DNA of 64,000 bases, from the NCBI GenBank assembly GCA_963675295.2, contig CAXXKJ010000002.1, positions 736,001-800,000 of the forward strand, read 5' to 3'. Under the pieces are notes generated by a model. That model worked only from the letters and a program-made list of their open reading frames with translations, was not told the origin of the DNA and searched no databases. Position 1 is the first letter of the stretch; each line of letters starts with the position of its first letter. Positions 18,201-27,853 of this stretch are shown here, piece after piece. This DNA is from a bacterium (GTDB lineage: Bacteria > Electryoneota > Electryoneia > Electryoneales > Electryoneaceae). The translations under genes and the position numbers were made by a program.

Positions 18201-20695
18201 TGAAGAACGACGGCAACCGGCCGATGTTGATCAGCTATGAAGCGACAGATCCGGACTTCATGTTGCATCCGGATTCGGACGGCCTGCTGATCCAGCCGGA
18301 TGAAACGGCGATCTGCACAGTGCTGTTCAGCCCGGACCTTGACGACGAGGAACGGACGTATCTCGATACGCTGACGTTCATCACGACTGACAACAACAAT
18401 CCTCACCGGACATACGAAACCTTCCTGTTCCAGTTGCAGGCTCGTTCGACATCGGGCGGCCAGTACTTGAGTGGTGACATTCCGAACCTTGCCAACAACA
18501 TCGCATCGGTCTGGGGTCCGGCTGAACTCGGTGGTGATGGCAACACGCGTTTCATCATCGCGGGCACCACTCGCATTCCGGCGGGTGAATCAATCACGAT
18601 TCTTCCGGGCGTCGAAGTGTTCTTCGAAAGTCCAGATGAAGGTGCGACCAATTCGTCGGTGCCGGGAATTCTGCTGGTTGAGGGCAAGCTTGAAGCCCTC
18701 GGCACGGAAGACGCCCCGATTCTGTTCGCTCCGCTGGATGGCCAGGAAGATCAGAACGGCAATCCGCTGCGTCTGCACCACGGTGGTATCCGCTTCCTCG
18801 CGTGTGAGGAAGGAACTCGACTACGCCATGTGGTGATTGACAGCGCGCGTTCGCTGGAATACGAAGAGATCGCGGAAGTGCTTGGTTTGCGCACCTCGGG
18901 CGAAGACGCTTACGAGGAAACGGTTCCCAGCGTGTACGGCCATGGTGGTGGTCTTGCGATTTACAACTCGAATCCGTTGATCGAAGATGTGGTCGTGAAG
19001 AACAGCATGAGCCATCAGGATGGCGGCGGGATCTGGATCTACCAGGCGGCGCCGACGATCGTGCGCACGACGGTAATCGACAACATTGCGCTGGGCGACA
19101 ATGACGATGGCACGTCGCTCGGTCATGGTGGTGGCGTCGTGATCTGGGGCAGCAAGCCGAATTTCTACGGCAACACGATCATGAATAACGAAGCGGTCAA
19201 TGACGGCGGTGGGTTGTACATCCATTCGCTCAGCGGTGGCCGTATTGCGAACAACGTGATCGAGCAGAACCTTGCGGGTGGTGCCGGTGGTGCTGCCGTC
19301 ATCACAGATGAAAGCAGTCCGATGATTCTGCACAACGTGTTCTACAACAACACGGCGACAGAAGGTACGGACGCGATTCACATCAGCGACTTGTCGAAGC
19401 CGGTTTTGCGCAATTCGGTTATCTGGGATGTGCACGGTGAACCGGGTATCACGACAGCCGCGGGTGCGTTGCCAGCCGTCAGTCACAGCTTCATCGAGGG
19501 TGGCTACGACGCGGGCAGCAACATCATGGTTGACGAACCGGAATTCGGGAACGATCCGGAGAAGCCGTACTGGCCGGCGAACGATCAGAGCAACCTGGTC
19601 GACGCGGGTTATCAAGGGTCCGGCTTTGAGGACTACAGCTTCCCGCCGTCCCGGTTGACCACGATTCCGGACGTCGGAATTACCGGTGGTCCATATGCGG
19701 GCTACCTCGGATCGCCGTTACAGCTGTCGGTGTTCCGCAACCCGTCGAACGCGCGTTCGCTGGTGATCGCGGTGAACGGTCTGGACGAGCTGGAATCGGT
19801 TCCGAGCCTGACCATTTCGACGTACAATGACGACGAAACGATTGATCCGCTTCCGGCGATTGATGCGGCCAACCGTGCGTGGGCGACCGCGTACTTGGTT
19901 GACGAATCGACGGTTCTTGGTCTGAAGGCGGCGGCGATGTGGATGGATGGCGATGAGCAGATCGAGGCGTTCATTCGCCGCGACATCAGCGTCAGCATTT
20001 ACACGCAGTCGCAGGGTGCGTCGATTGCGACGTCGGATGGCGCAACGTTCACGGTTCCGCCGAACGCGGCAAGCAAGGAAATGATGTTGCTTGGCCAGAC
20101 GGAGCTGAGTGCTGAGTTGCCGCCGGATGAAGACCTTGTATCGGCTGGTGCGCGATTCAACGTCGACTTGCCGGTGAAGTCGTTGAGCAAGGCCGCTGAA
20201 ATCGTGTTGCCGTACGACGCGACGGTTGTTCCGCGCGGCGGTGAACGTGGCATTTCGGTCTGGCTGTTGGACGAAAACGACAAGTGGTCAATGCTGGAAA
20301 GTTTCGTCGATGTGGAAGCTGGCAAGGTGCACGTATCGTCGCACAAGGGCGGAACGTTCGCGGTGCTGTACGAAGCTTCGTCGATTCGCAGCCAGCTGCT
20401 TCCGCAAAGCACGGCATTGATGCAGAACTACCCGAACCCGTTTAACCCGACGACGACAATTCCGTTTACGGTGAAGAACGCGGGCGAGCTGAAGTTGTCG
20501 GTGTACAATGTGCTTGGCCAGCGTGTCGCGACGGTTGCGAGTGGTTGGTTTGGGCCGGGGACGCACAAGGTTGTCTGGCTTGGCCAGGATGAAGCGGGTC
20601 AGCCGGTGGCAAGTGGTGTTTATTTCTACCGGATGGAACTGAACTCCGGCAGCGGGTCTGTTGTGCAGACGCGTAAGCTGGTGTTGATGCGATAA
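15263..20695 (+). CDS. Giant secreted modular protein: beta-helix, FG-GAP/VCBS repeats, Ig-like (choice-of-anchor D type) domains, second beta-helix, T9SS type A / FlgD-Ig C-terminal domain
   Basis: Signal peptide; DMDGDGDQDIV, DFDNDEDYDI, DMNGDGDDDVF repeats; GGG-rich beta-helix repeats; LDFG.V / I.N.G Ig-like motifs; LMQNYPNPFNPTT..ASGVYFY tail. Confidence 0.87.
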   Translation: MRQFTKGFAGILLLTLLFMVSSPALAATEFGGVIDETTTWTLQDNDTIKVVDDVTVAEGVTLTIEPGVVVEFQGPYQFRVEGVLRAVGSIREDRAENERLIPWNEEDVQWITFTHDTTGMGAMAPEIWAEVNKDRLWKGLRFSESEGGSKLQYVIVEYGHAGGWSRKMLATDLDPMEQVETIDAGNDGTVDLLTVGASGDLYLWSSPDGIWEAEEIASFASTVSDVAVMDMDGDGDQDIVGSVRGDGLVFWLEQDGNSWNERTVDSSAGDVIGVAVGDFDNDEDYDISAITEADSSLTWYENTGNGWNAEVLAQQLFQPVHISAGNIDWENGDDIVLAIIDPEDVDNFEHNFVYYRYDGSTWAELEIHSGDDPADQMYVIDMNGDGDDDVFVSTAEGDELYYWVRTLEYDNNNNPIESWDDETIKSRLARLTAAWPARIPGEAMASVLAVEGDTLNVWSRPSNNWVSRQVTGNIPADTRAVFADLDGDATPDIVGYSAETAELVRWMDRNQWPDNNGGGVLVRAVSVTMENIVVRYCRANNFGGGVFLWSSASTFRNNVVAHCYAEDSGGGIYLDQSANLEFRNLTLVDNQSRLYGAGIFFGANTDPLIRSSIFVDNFRVGKDEDDSPFFSITPVDFRYGISTELDELDQGDLIYPRGTQNFADLTFFTESDSSRAVDTGPSDDGRWVNEPVPNGGPLGDRINLGAWGGTPFAAKSLPVVSYPTLDDTATFASTTALGDTSLATVTIKNIGAGLLTIRYDSLAFKEDDGRPQDEWLEARDDWSIPRFDSFTLRPDSLGTFDVTYHPNDTEGVMNENYQVRDYIYLNLATQGGRLTYRLQSFVVNPAQVLTVDTLDFGNVYFTSPETLYVDVANEGTTPISALSFKFPNDGFEAGDYTTPINPDTTVSVPIVANPVFKGSFGGTASISSGSRTHTFQVVASAQGPVAFLPDYVGGNQNAEDNVLDFAYLNLGDTQSRTIEVKNDGNRPMLISYEATDPDFMLHPDSDGLLIQPDETAICTVLFSPDLDDEERTYLDTLTFITTDNNNPHRTYETFLFQLQARSTSGGQYLSGDIPNLANNIASVWGPAELGGDGNTRFIIAGTTRIPAGESITILPGVEVFFESPDEGATNSSVPGILLVEGKLEALGTEDAPILFAPLDGQEDQNGNPLRLHHGGIRFLACEEGTRLRHVVIDSARSLEYEEIAEVLGLRTSGEDAYEETVPSVYGHGGGLAIYNSNPLIEDVVVKNSMSHQDGGGIWIYQAAPTIVRTTVIDNIALGDNDDGTSLGHGGGVVIWGSKPNFYGNTIMNNEAVNDGGGLYIHSLSGGRIANNVIEQNLAGGAGGAAVITDESSPMILHNVFYNNTATEGTDAIHISDLSKPVLRNSVIWDVHGEPGITTAAGALPAVSHSFIEGGYDAGSNIMVDEPEFGNDPEKPYWPANDQSNLVDAGYQGSGFEDYSFPPSRLTTIPDVGITGGPYAGYLGSPLQLSVFRNPSNARSLVIAVNGLDELESVPSLTISTYNDDETIDPLPAIDAANRAWATAYLVDESTVLGLKAAAMWMDGDEQIEAFIRRDISVSIYTQSQGASIATSDGATFTVPPNAASKEMMLLGQTELSAELPPDEDLVSAGARFNVDLPVKSLSKAAEIVLPYDATVVPRGGERGISVWLLDENDKWSMLESFVDVEAGKVHVSSHKGGTFAVLYEASSIRSQLLPQSTALMQNYPNPFNPTTTIPFTVKNAGELKLSVYNVLGQRVATVASGWFGPGTHKVVWLGQDEAGQPVASGVYFYRMELNSGSGSVVQTRKLVLMR

Positions 20696-20707
20696 GGGGA
20701 GTTTCAG

Positions 20708-21325
20708 ATGCGAATTCGCTTCCTGACATGGACTCAGGTGTTGCTCATCCTCGGCTTCAGCCTGCTGCTTGTGGCGTGCGGCGACGATGATGATGACACA
20801 CCGGCGGAAGAAACCGATCCGGTTACACTGGTTCGCCAGGGGTGGAGTGCGTTCGAATCGCTCAACTACCTGGAAGCTCTGGACCTGTTTGATCAGGCGC
20901 TAAGCAAGGGCGAACCGTCGTCGGATGCTTACAGTGGTGCGGGGTGGACCTCGTACGAGATGGGTGATCTGGCCGCTGCCCGTGATTACTGGGATCTTGG
21001 GTTGGTGGTTGACAACGAGAGCTTTGACATTCGCGCGGGGATGGGGTTCCTGGAATTTGACCAGGAAAACTACAGCGCGTCCGTGGCAGTGATTTCTGAG
21101 CTGCTCGTTGATAACTCGAACTACCAGTTCGTCCACATGCCCGGTTTGGACTACCGTGATCTGCAGATCACGCGGGCATCGGCGTATTACATGCAGGGGA
21201 TGATGGACGAGGCGCTGCTCGAAGTTCAGGCGTTGAACCCTCTGTTTGATGCGGATGTGCAAACCCCGAATGGCGTTGCCGAGCTGATCGATGAAATCGA
21301 GCGGCTTGCTGACGTGTATCGTTAA
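20708..21325 (+). CDS. TPR-repeat lipoprotein
   Basis: Lipobox LLVAC; GWSAFE..NY.EA..LF..AL and AY.GAGW TPR-like helices. Confidence 0.8.
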   Translation: MRIRFLTWTQVLLILGFSLLLVACGDDDDDTPAEETDPVTLVRQGWSAFESLNYLEALDLFDQALSKGEPSSDAYSGAGWTSYEMGDLAAARDYWDLGLVVDNESFDIRAGMGFLEFDQENYSASVAVISELLVDNSNYQFVHMPGLDYRDLQITRASAYYMQGMMDEALLEVQALNPLFDADVQTPNGVAELIDEIERLADVYR

Positions 21326-21341
21326 TGGGAGACGTTGACTC

Positions 21342-23381
21342 ATGCGTAGCCGAGTACTCTATCTCCTCACGGCGGTCCTGATATTGCCTGTTGCGCTGTG
21401 GCTCACGGCGTGTACGGACTACGATGGCGATGTCATGGAGAACATGCCGCCGGAAGTTGAGTTCGTCAACGTCCACCAGGACATTGACAACATGCCGGAC
21501 GATGTCGAGGTCGATACCGTCGTCTATGACTATGCTCCGGTGATTTACTGGAAGGGGTCGGACGAGGACGGGTTCATCGAATACTATTCGTACGCGGACA
21601 TTACGGAAGCCGCGGCGATCGAGAATCCGCTCGACTATATCCCGCGTATCCCTCAGGAAGCCTGGGTGGATACGATTGCGACGCAGGCGACGATCACGTT
21701 GCTGAGCGACCCGGACGAGATTACGGAACACGTGTTCTACGTGCGGGCGTTCGACAACGAGGGCGCGGAAAGCCCGGTCAAGTATCGTCGTTTCTACCGG
21801 ACGAACAACGCACCGGTGGTACCTCGAATCGGCCTGACCGGCGATGACGAGGAAAACTTCAACACTCGCTATGTGGTGGAAGACACGCTGTTCAGCGCGC
21901 CGTCAATCACCAATATCTATTCGGGTATTGAGTTCTCCTGGCGTGGTTCGGACCCGGATGACAAGGCGTTGTTCACGATTCCGCTTGAATATCAGGCGAT
22001 TCTGATCAAGGCCCCGGCGGAAACGGTGTTTGTAAATCCGTGGTCGGATGAGGTTGAAATACAGCTGGTCGACCTGGAAACCGGGTATTACGCGTTGAAT
22101 GTGTGGGCGCGGGATGATGGGTTGACGAAATCCGTCGCTCCGGCGCGTGCTGAATTCTACGCGATCCGGCCGACATTTGAAAACAACCTGCTGCTGGTGC
22201 TTGAATCGGCATTTCCGAGTTATTCGGTGCTGACCAACCCGCCGGATCGTGACACCCTGCGTGTGTTCTACGAAGATTTGCTAACCGAAATCGCGCCGCA
22301 AATCTCGAACACGCAGTTGGATCTGAGCAGCGACACCGACGTGCGCATCTATTCAGTGTACGCGCCGTCCCAGGCGGTTCCGCGTTCCTTGATGGCCCAG
22401 TACAAGCTGGTGATCTTCGCGGCGGACCATTACAGCGAGACCACCTGGAATGCGTACACCGAGACCAAGCAGGCGATCTGTGAAGACTACCTGCGTGTCG
22501 GTGGACGTATCTGGCAGATGGGGCGTTGCTTGACGAACACGGGTGCGTTCTACGGCGACTTCAACAACATCGAGATGTACAGCGAATTCTTTGGTGTAGA
22601 TTCGCTGGCCGCTCCGCCTGATCCGTACCAGGTGCCGATTCCACCGGTTCCGGCAATGCGGGCGGAATTCATCGGAACCTTGCCTGGCCTGCCTTCCTTT
22701 ACCGCGCTGGAGTTTGACAGCACAAAGGTGAAGTGGAACGGTTACAACTTGCCTGGCACGATGGATCCGCATTACTACGAGAATTCGTACGGCCTGACCG
22801 GTGTAGATCGCATCCAGCGTAACGATGATGCGACGACGACGCAGCAGTTCGTGTCGGGGACATTCGGCTCGGAAGTGTCGATTGAGAATGAAGACTCGCA
22901 TGTGTTGCCGACGGGTCTGTCCACGTTCGATAACGATTATCCGAACTACCTGATTCCGGCGACTCCGACCAATGCGTTCATCGTGTTGAAGAACGACAAC
23001 GTGTCTGAGATTACACGTATCGTCAACTGGACCTTGTTCAACCAGGGCAAGGAAAACTACGAGGCGCAGCCGGTTGTTACCGCGAATAACCTGGCGTATA
23101 TCAGTTATACGGAAGGTGAACCGTGGAGCAACTCGGACAGCCTGCAGGTGGATTACACCTACAGTCCGATTTCTGTGATGCACCTGAAGCCGGTTGAAAT
23201 CCGTGTCGAAGGGTACCAGGGCGGCAACCAGATCAACCCGAATTCGCAGCTACGGTTCCGTACCGCGTTGACGACGTTCTCGTACTTCTTCGTCGATCAC
23301 CAGGGCACGGTTGAAAACTGGATCCAGATGCTGGATTGGCTCTACAACCCGAACCTGAACAACGCGGAATTCGATTTCTAA
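21342..23381 (+). CDS. Lipoprotein with tandem Ig/FN3-like domains, function unknown
   Basis: Lipobox LTAC; repeated W.GSD.D..I...Y ... F.VRA.D..G modules. Confidence 0.78.
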   Translation: MRSRVLYLLTAVLILPVALWLTACTDYDGDVMENMPPEVEFVNVHQDIDNMPDDVEVDTVVYDYAPVIYWKGSDEDGFIEYYSYADITEAAAIENPLDYIPRIPQEAWVDTIATQATITLLSDPDEITEHVFYVRAFDNEGAESPVKYRRFYRTNNAPVVPRIGLTGDDEENFNTRYVVEDTLFSAPSITNIYSGIEFSWRGSDPDDKALFTIPLEYQAILIKAPAETVFVNPWSDEVEIQLVDLETGYYALNVWARDDGLTKSVAPARAEFYAIRPTFENNLLLVLESAFPSYSVLTNPPDRDTLRVFYEDLLTEIAPQISNTQLDLSSDTDVRIYSVYAPSQAVPRSLMAQYKLVIFAADHYSETTWNAYTETKQAICEDYLRVGGRIWQMGRCLTNTGAFYGDFNNIEMYSEFFGVDSLAAPPDPYQVPIPPVPAMRAEFIGTLPGLPSFTALEFDSTKVKWNGYNLPGTMDPHYYENSYGLTGVDRIQRNDDATTTQQFVSGTFGSEVSIENEDSHVLPTGLSTFDNDYPNYLIPATPTNAFIVLKNDNVSEITRIVNWTLFNQGKENYEAQPVVTANNLAYISYTEGEPWSNSDSLQVDYTYSPISVMHLKPVEIRVEGYQGGNQINPNSQLRFRTALTTFSYFFVDHQGTVENWIQMLDWLYNPNLNNAEFDF

Positions 23382-23417
23382 ACGGATTCGCGTGACCCGT
23401 ATTCGTGTACCACACTC

Positions 23418-23449
23418 AACCCCGGCCGGATTATCTGGCCGGGGTTTTT
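23418..23449 (+). terminator. Intrinsic terminator of the 5.2-23.4 kb operon (possibly bidirectional)
   Basis: AACCCCGGCCGGA-TTA-TCTGGCCGGGGTT followed by TTT, between convergent genes. Confidence 0.85.
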
Positions 23450-23465
23450 CATGGGGTGCGTCAGA

Positions 23466-25403
23466 TCATGGATCAAGCTGTTCCAGCGCGGCACGAGCTG
23501 GATTGAAGTCCGGATGATCTTGCAGGATGGCGCGCAGGCTGTCGGCAGCGGCGTCAAGTTGACCGCTGGCGGCGAGCAGCAGGGCGTGATTGTAGCGGTA
23601 ACGTGGTTGGTCTGGACGGATAGACAGGGTTTCGCGGCTGAGGCGAATCGCGGTGTCCAGGTCGCCGGATTCCGCCGCCTCGCTGGATTGCAGGGTCAGC
23701 AGACGCAGCAGGTTGGCGTGCGCGTCCGGGTTGGACGGGTCAACGTACAGCGCCTGCCGGTAAGCAAACAGAGCCGAGTCCAGTTCGCCGGTATGTTCGA
23801 ACGTGACGCCGAGGTTGTTCCACGCCAGCGCATTCCCGGGCCGGATCTCGAGCTCCCGTTGAAACTCACGCCGGGCTTTCTCTGGGTTTTCCTGCCGCAG
23901 GTAGATGACACCGAGGTTGAGGTGGCCGTGCCGGGCGTCGGGATAGTCGCGCAGCAGCTGCTGGAACGCGTCCGCGGCGTCGTCGTACCGCTCCAGCCGG
24001 AGCAGGGCGTTCGCTCGGTGCAACTGCCAGTTGTTGTCCGCATTGATCGCCGGGATCGGTCGTGGCAGCAGAACCAGGAGCGCCAGCGCTGAGATCGCGA
24101 GGATGCGATTCCGCCAGACGGAACGGTTAACGGGCACATGCTGGCTGTCCGGCAGCAGCCGGTTGACACCGAACGCGAACAACAGAACCAGCGCGGGGGT
24201 GAGCGGGAACCGGTAGCGTGCGTTAACGAAGAACGCGATGACCACCAGCCCGTGAACCAGCGCCAGCAGTAGCGCAGGGCGGAATCGTGACAACTCACGC
24301 CATGCCGGCAGCAGAAACGCCAGTCCGAGAATCGCAACGAGTGGGAAGCCGGCGGTGAGCAGGATGGCATGGACCGGGCTGGTGTGCCACAGGTACGGCC
24401 ACAGCGGCCGGTTGTTGCCCAGTTCACGCCAGTTGAGCAGCGCGAGCGCCTTACGTGCGGTCAGCAGCACTACATCGCCGGGATGATTCGTCCAGTAGCG
24501 AAGCGCGGCACGTGTGTAGTGTGATGAAACTTCGGCTGCGGTCAGGTCGCGCCCGGCTTCGTGTTCCGCACGCTGTTCGATCTGCGCTCGGGTCCAGTCC
24601 GGCCCGTACTCCGGATCGACCGCGTACGCGCCGCTCGCGCCAGCACGATTGCCGAGGAACAGGTTGATCCCGCCCTGCCTGCTGACAGTCCAGCCTGCAC
24701 CGTGTTGAGCATTGTGGCGCAGGACGGGGAACAGCAGGACCAGCACAAGCAGTGTCGCGGCAGCCAGAATCAGTGCACGGTTGGGTGTGGGGATACGGCG
24801 TACTCGTCCGCTCCACCACAGAGTGAGCAGGATGACGGGCGTGTACGCGAGCGCGTTTGCGCGGAGTAGCGTCAACGCAGCGAACAGGATCGCCAGCAGG
24901 AATGTGTTCAACATCCAACGGCGTTTCAACGAATTGTCGAGCAGGATCAGCGTGCCAACGATACCGGAGGTGAACAGGCTGGCGATCAACCCTTCGCCGT
25001 CAAAGTAGATCGAGGTACCGTACAACGCCCAAGCCAGCCCGGCGATCCAGCCGGTACGGTTGCCCATCCACCGCCGCGCGAGGATCGCCATTCCGCCTGT
25101 GGCAAGGGAGCTGACCAGCACCTGAACAATCCGGATTGGCCAGAAGGTGTCTCCGAAGATCGCGCCCAGGCCAGCGATCAACCACGGGTACAGCGGCGCG
25201 CGGAAGTAGGGGCCGGCCGGGGGATGCCCGGCGAGGATCGCGTCGGCCCAGTTGCGGTAGATCTCAGCGTCCATGCCCGGGCTGAGGAAGGTGGGTTCCC
25301 CTGCGGTGATGATCAGGTAGACTGTGCGAACCGCGAGCGCGAGCAAGGCGCACACCCAGGGTGCGTGCCAACGGTTGCTGCTGCCTGGTTTCGCTTCGCC
25401 CAC
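23466..25403 (-). CDS. GT-C fold membrane glycosyltransferase (PMT/ArnT-like) with C-terminal TPRs
   Basis: DA..Y..WA, YFRAPLYP, GGINLFLGN and FFVNARYRFP motifs; about 11 TM segments; NLG-type TPRs. Confidence 0.85.
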   Translation of the reverse strand: MGEAKPGSSNRWHAPWVCALLALAVRTVYLIITAGEPTFLSPGMDAEIYRNWADAILAGHPPAGPYFRAPLYPWLIAGLGAIFGDTFWPIRIVQVLVSSLATGGMAILARRWMGNRTGWIAGLAWALYGTSIYFDGEGLIASLFTSGIVGTLILLDNSLKRRWMLNTFLLAILFAALTLLRANALAYTPVILLTLWWSGRVRRIPTPNRALILAAATLLVLVLLFPVLRHNAQHGAGWTVSRQGGINLFLGNRAGASGAYAVDPEYGPDWTRAQIEQRAEHEAGRDLTAAEVSSHYTRAALRYWTNHPGDVVLLTARKALALLNWRELGNNRPLWPYLWHTSPVHAILLTAGFPLVAILGLAFLLPAWRELSRFRPALLLALVHGLVVIAFFVNARYRFPLTPALVLLFAFGVNRLLPDSQHVPVNRSVWRNRILAISALALLVLLPRPIPAINADNNWQLHRANALLRLERYDDAADAFQQLLRDYPDARHGHLNLGVIYLRQENPEKARREFQRELEIRPGNALAWNNLGVTFEHTGELDSALFAYRQALYVDPSNPDAHANLLRLLTLQSSEAAESGDLDTAIRLSRETLSIRPDQPRYRYNHALLLAASGQLDAAADSLRAILQDHPDFNPARAALEQLDP

Positions 25404-25564
25404 TTGGTTCCGCCGCGATGTAAATGTGAATCGGTTAGACTGGAAGATCGTTGTACGGGGGAGTGGAACGCAACGTGCGGGGATCGTCGTAAGGTGCGGG
25501 TACAGGGTGGCGGATATTCCCTGCTGGCGGAGCCATCAGGGGCACATTTTCCGCAGTCCGCCAC

Positions 25565-27853
25565 CTACCTCGGTTTCTGGATTGTCACCCGGAGGTGCCA
25601 GATCCGGCCCGGCATCGGCATGCGTTCGAGCAACTCGTATTCGGCGGCGGTGAGATTGTCGATTCCGGCGCGGAATAGCAGCAACAGGCCGGATTGCGGC
25701 AGGGGTTGACGCCAGCGGACGGCGAGGTCGAGGGTGGTGTACGGGTCGAGCCCGGTGTTGGCAGCGCTGTAGACGTCGAGGTTCGACTCGCTGCTGTAGC
25801 GGCGCGAGGTGAAGCGCAGATCGGCGAACAAATCGAGTTGCGCGGTGGGGGTGATCTGCAGGCCAACATTGCCGAACCAATCCGGTTGGAACGGGATGCG
25901 ATTGCCCTGGTACGGCGACTCGGGTGTATCGTTGAGCACGCGTTGCCAGGTGAACGCGCTGTGCAGTTCGTTGAGCAGCCCGGACCCGGAAAGGCTGGCG
26001 GCGGCTTCGATCCCGCGTGCGGTCGCCCGGTCCAGGTTGTCCGGGAAATACTGTCCCCGCCAGTTGCGGCGCCACACAATCAGGTTGTCGGTTTCACGCA
26101 GGTACCCGCGCAGCGAGCAGGACAGGGTCTGGCCGGCATGCAGTGGTTGCACCCAGTTGACGCCGGCGTGCAGGTCACGAATCCGTTCCGGTTCCAGCTC
26201 AGCGTTTCCGAGCGAAAAGACCGATTCGACGAGGAAGCGGTGCGTGAAAGACGGCGGCGCGAAGGCGGACCCGGTGCCGAGGTCGACACTCCAGCGTCCG
26301 ATTTCCGGCGCGAACCGCAGCAACGCACGCCCGGACAATTCGGTCGCTGCATCGCTCGAGAACGGGGTCGGGAGTTCGTCTACGGTGTCGCTGAACTGGT
26401 CGACGCGACCTTCCAGATGGGCACGGAGTACGTACTCGCCAATTTGCCACCGTGTTTGCAGCCGCGATTCCTGCGCGAGGGAGGTGCGATGCACCTCGCC
26501 GCCAGTTCGGGAAAACGCGGCGATACCGAGGTTGTCGACGCTCTCAAACCGTTCCAACGAGGCATCTCCGATCAGGTCGGCGGAGACCGCGATCCGGTCA
26601 CGATCCATCAGCGGCAGGTGCTTGCTCAGGCGCAACCCGCCGCGAAGGTCATGGTCTTCAACATCGGACGGAAACTGCAGCACCGTCTTCCCGGTCGCGG
26701 GATTGATCTGCTCACGTGGACTGACAAAGCTGCGGGTTCGTCCCGAAGCGTACAGCTGCAGCTGGGCCGGATTTGCGGAGCTGTGCGCGCGCTGCATCCG
26801 GAGTTGTGCGCGCCAAGCCTGTTCGGCCTGCCGGGCGTCCGGTGTCGGGGCCTGATACAATGGCGCTGGGCTGCCGGCTTCCTGGAGATCACCACCAGCG
26901 GACCCGTGAACGAGCAATCCGAACAGCCGTGTTTCGCCGGAAAGCGATAGCGTCACCCGTTCGCGATCGTTGTTGAGGCGGCTGCTGGTCGCACCGGACT
27001 CGTCCATGTAGTCAAAGTCGCCATTGGAATGAAGGTAGCGGGCAAACAGGTTGAGTTTCTGCCCGTTCGCACGGCGATGGGTGATTGCAGCCGTGCCCTG
27101 CATCGCGCCGGGTGACCGTCCCTCAATGGCCGCTGACCACGCGGGCGCGTCTTCGGGCATTCCTGCGAAGGTGCGTATGCGGATTTCGCCGCCGGGCGCA
27201 CCGGGATGGCTGGCCGGGTCGATGTCGATGGACTGGATGTTCGCCAGCGGGATGCTTGACAGGTCGACCGCCTCACCAGCGCCATTGTTGAGTGCGACTC
27301 CGTCCACTTCGACGCGCACGTGATCCGGCCGCGCACCACGGAGGGAGACCGTGGTGCGTGACCCATCCTCGCCGGCGCGATACACCTGCACACCGGGTAC
27401 CGCGCGGATGACGTCGGAAACGTCCGAACCGGCCTGACTGCGGATCTGAGCGGAAGAAATGCGGTAGCCGGAAGACGGTGTAGCTGACCCCGCTTCAACT
27501 CGCACGGTGTCCAGTTTCACAGCAACGGTCCGCAGCGAGAGCAAGAGCCGGAGCGCGTCGCCCTCGGCGAGCGACACCGAGCGAACTTCGGTGGCATAGC
27601 CCAGGTAGCGCACGGTCAGGATATACTCATCCGGGGGCAGGTCGTGAAATACAAACATCCCCTGCGCGTCCGAAACCGCTCGACGGAAGGCTTCATCCAG
27701 CTGCAGCGTTGCGCCGGACAACGGGCGTCCGGTGTCCTTGTCGATAACCTGCCCGGCGAGCGGGGCGGGGGATGGCGCGAAGGCGTGCACCGGCATTGCG
27801 ATCAAAACCGCCAGCAGCAACACGGCGAGTGGTATGTAGGTCAGCCGCCGCAT
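25565..27853 (-). CDS. btuB: TonB-dependent receptor, probable cobalamin transporter (BtuB-like)
   Basis: Signal peptide, CarboxypepD_reg-like domain, plug (VSLRGARPDHVRVEVDGV), GNAELEPER, DNLT..Y...PMPGR. Last gene of the riboswitch-led operon. Start ATG 27853 overlaps the upstream stop. Confidence 0.8.
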   Translation of the reverse strand: MRRLTYIPLAVLLLAVLIAMPVHAFAPSPAPLAGQVIDKDTGRPLSGATLQLDEAFRRAVSDAQGMFVFHDLPPDEYILTVRYLGYATEVRSVSLAEGDALRLLLSLRTVAVKLDTVRVEAGSATPSSGYRISSAQIRSQAGSDVSDVIRAVPGVQVYRAGEDGSRTTVSLRGARPDHVRVEVDGVALNNGAGEAVDLSSIPLANIQSIDIDPASHPGAPGGEIRIRTFAGMPEDAPAWSAAIEGRSPGAMQGTAAITHRRANGQKLNLFARYLHSNGDFDYMDESGATSSRLNNDRERVTLSLSGETRLFGLLVHGSAGGDLQEAGSPAPLYQAPTPDARQAEQAWRAQLRMQRAHSSANPAQLQLYASGRTRSFVSPREQINPATGKTVLQFPSDVEDHDLRGGLRLSKHLPLMDRDRIAVSADLIGDASLERFESVDNLGIAAFSRTGGEVHRTSLAQESRLQTRWQIGEYVLRAHLEGRVDQFSDTVDELPTPFSSDAATELSGRALLRFAPEIGRWSVDLGTGSAFAPPSFTHRFLVESVFSLGNAELEPERIRDLHAGVNWVQPLHAGQTLSCSLRGYLRETDNLIVWRRNWRGQYFPDNLDRATARGIEAAASLSGSGLLNELHSAFTWQRVLNDTPESPYQGNRIPFQPDWFGNVGLQITPTAQLDLFADLRFTSRRYSSESNLDVYSAANTGLDPYTTLDLAVRWRQPLPQSGLLLLFRAGIDNLTAAEYELLERMPMPGRIWHLRVTIQKPR

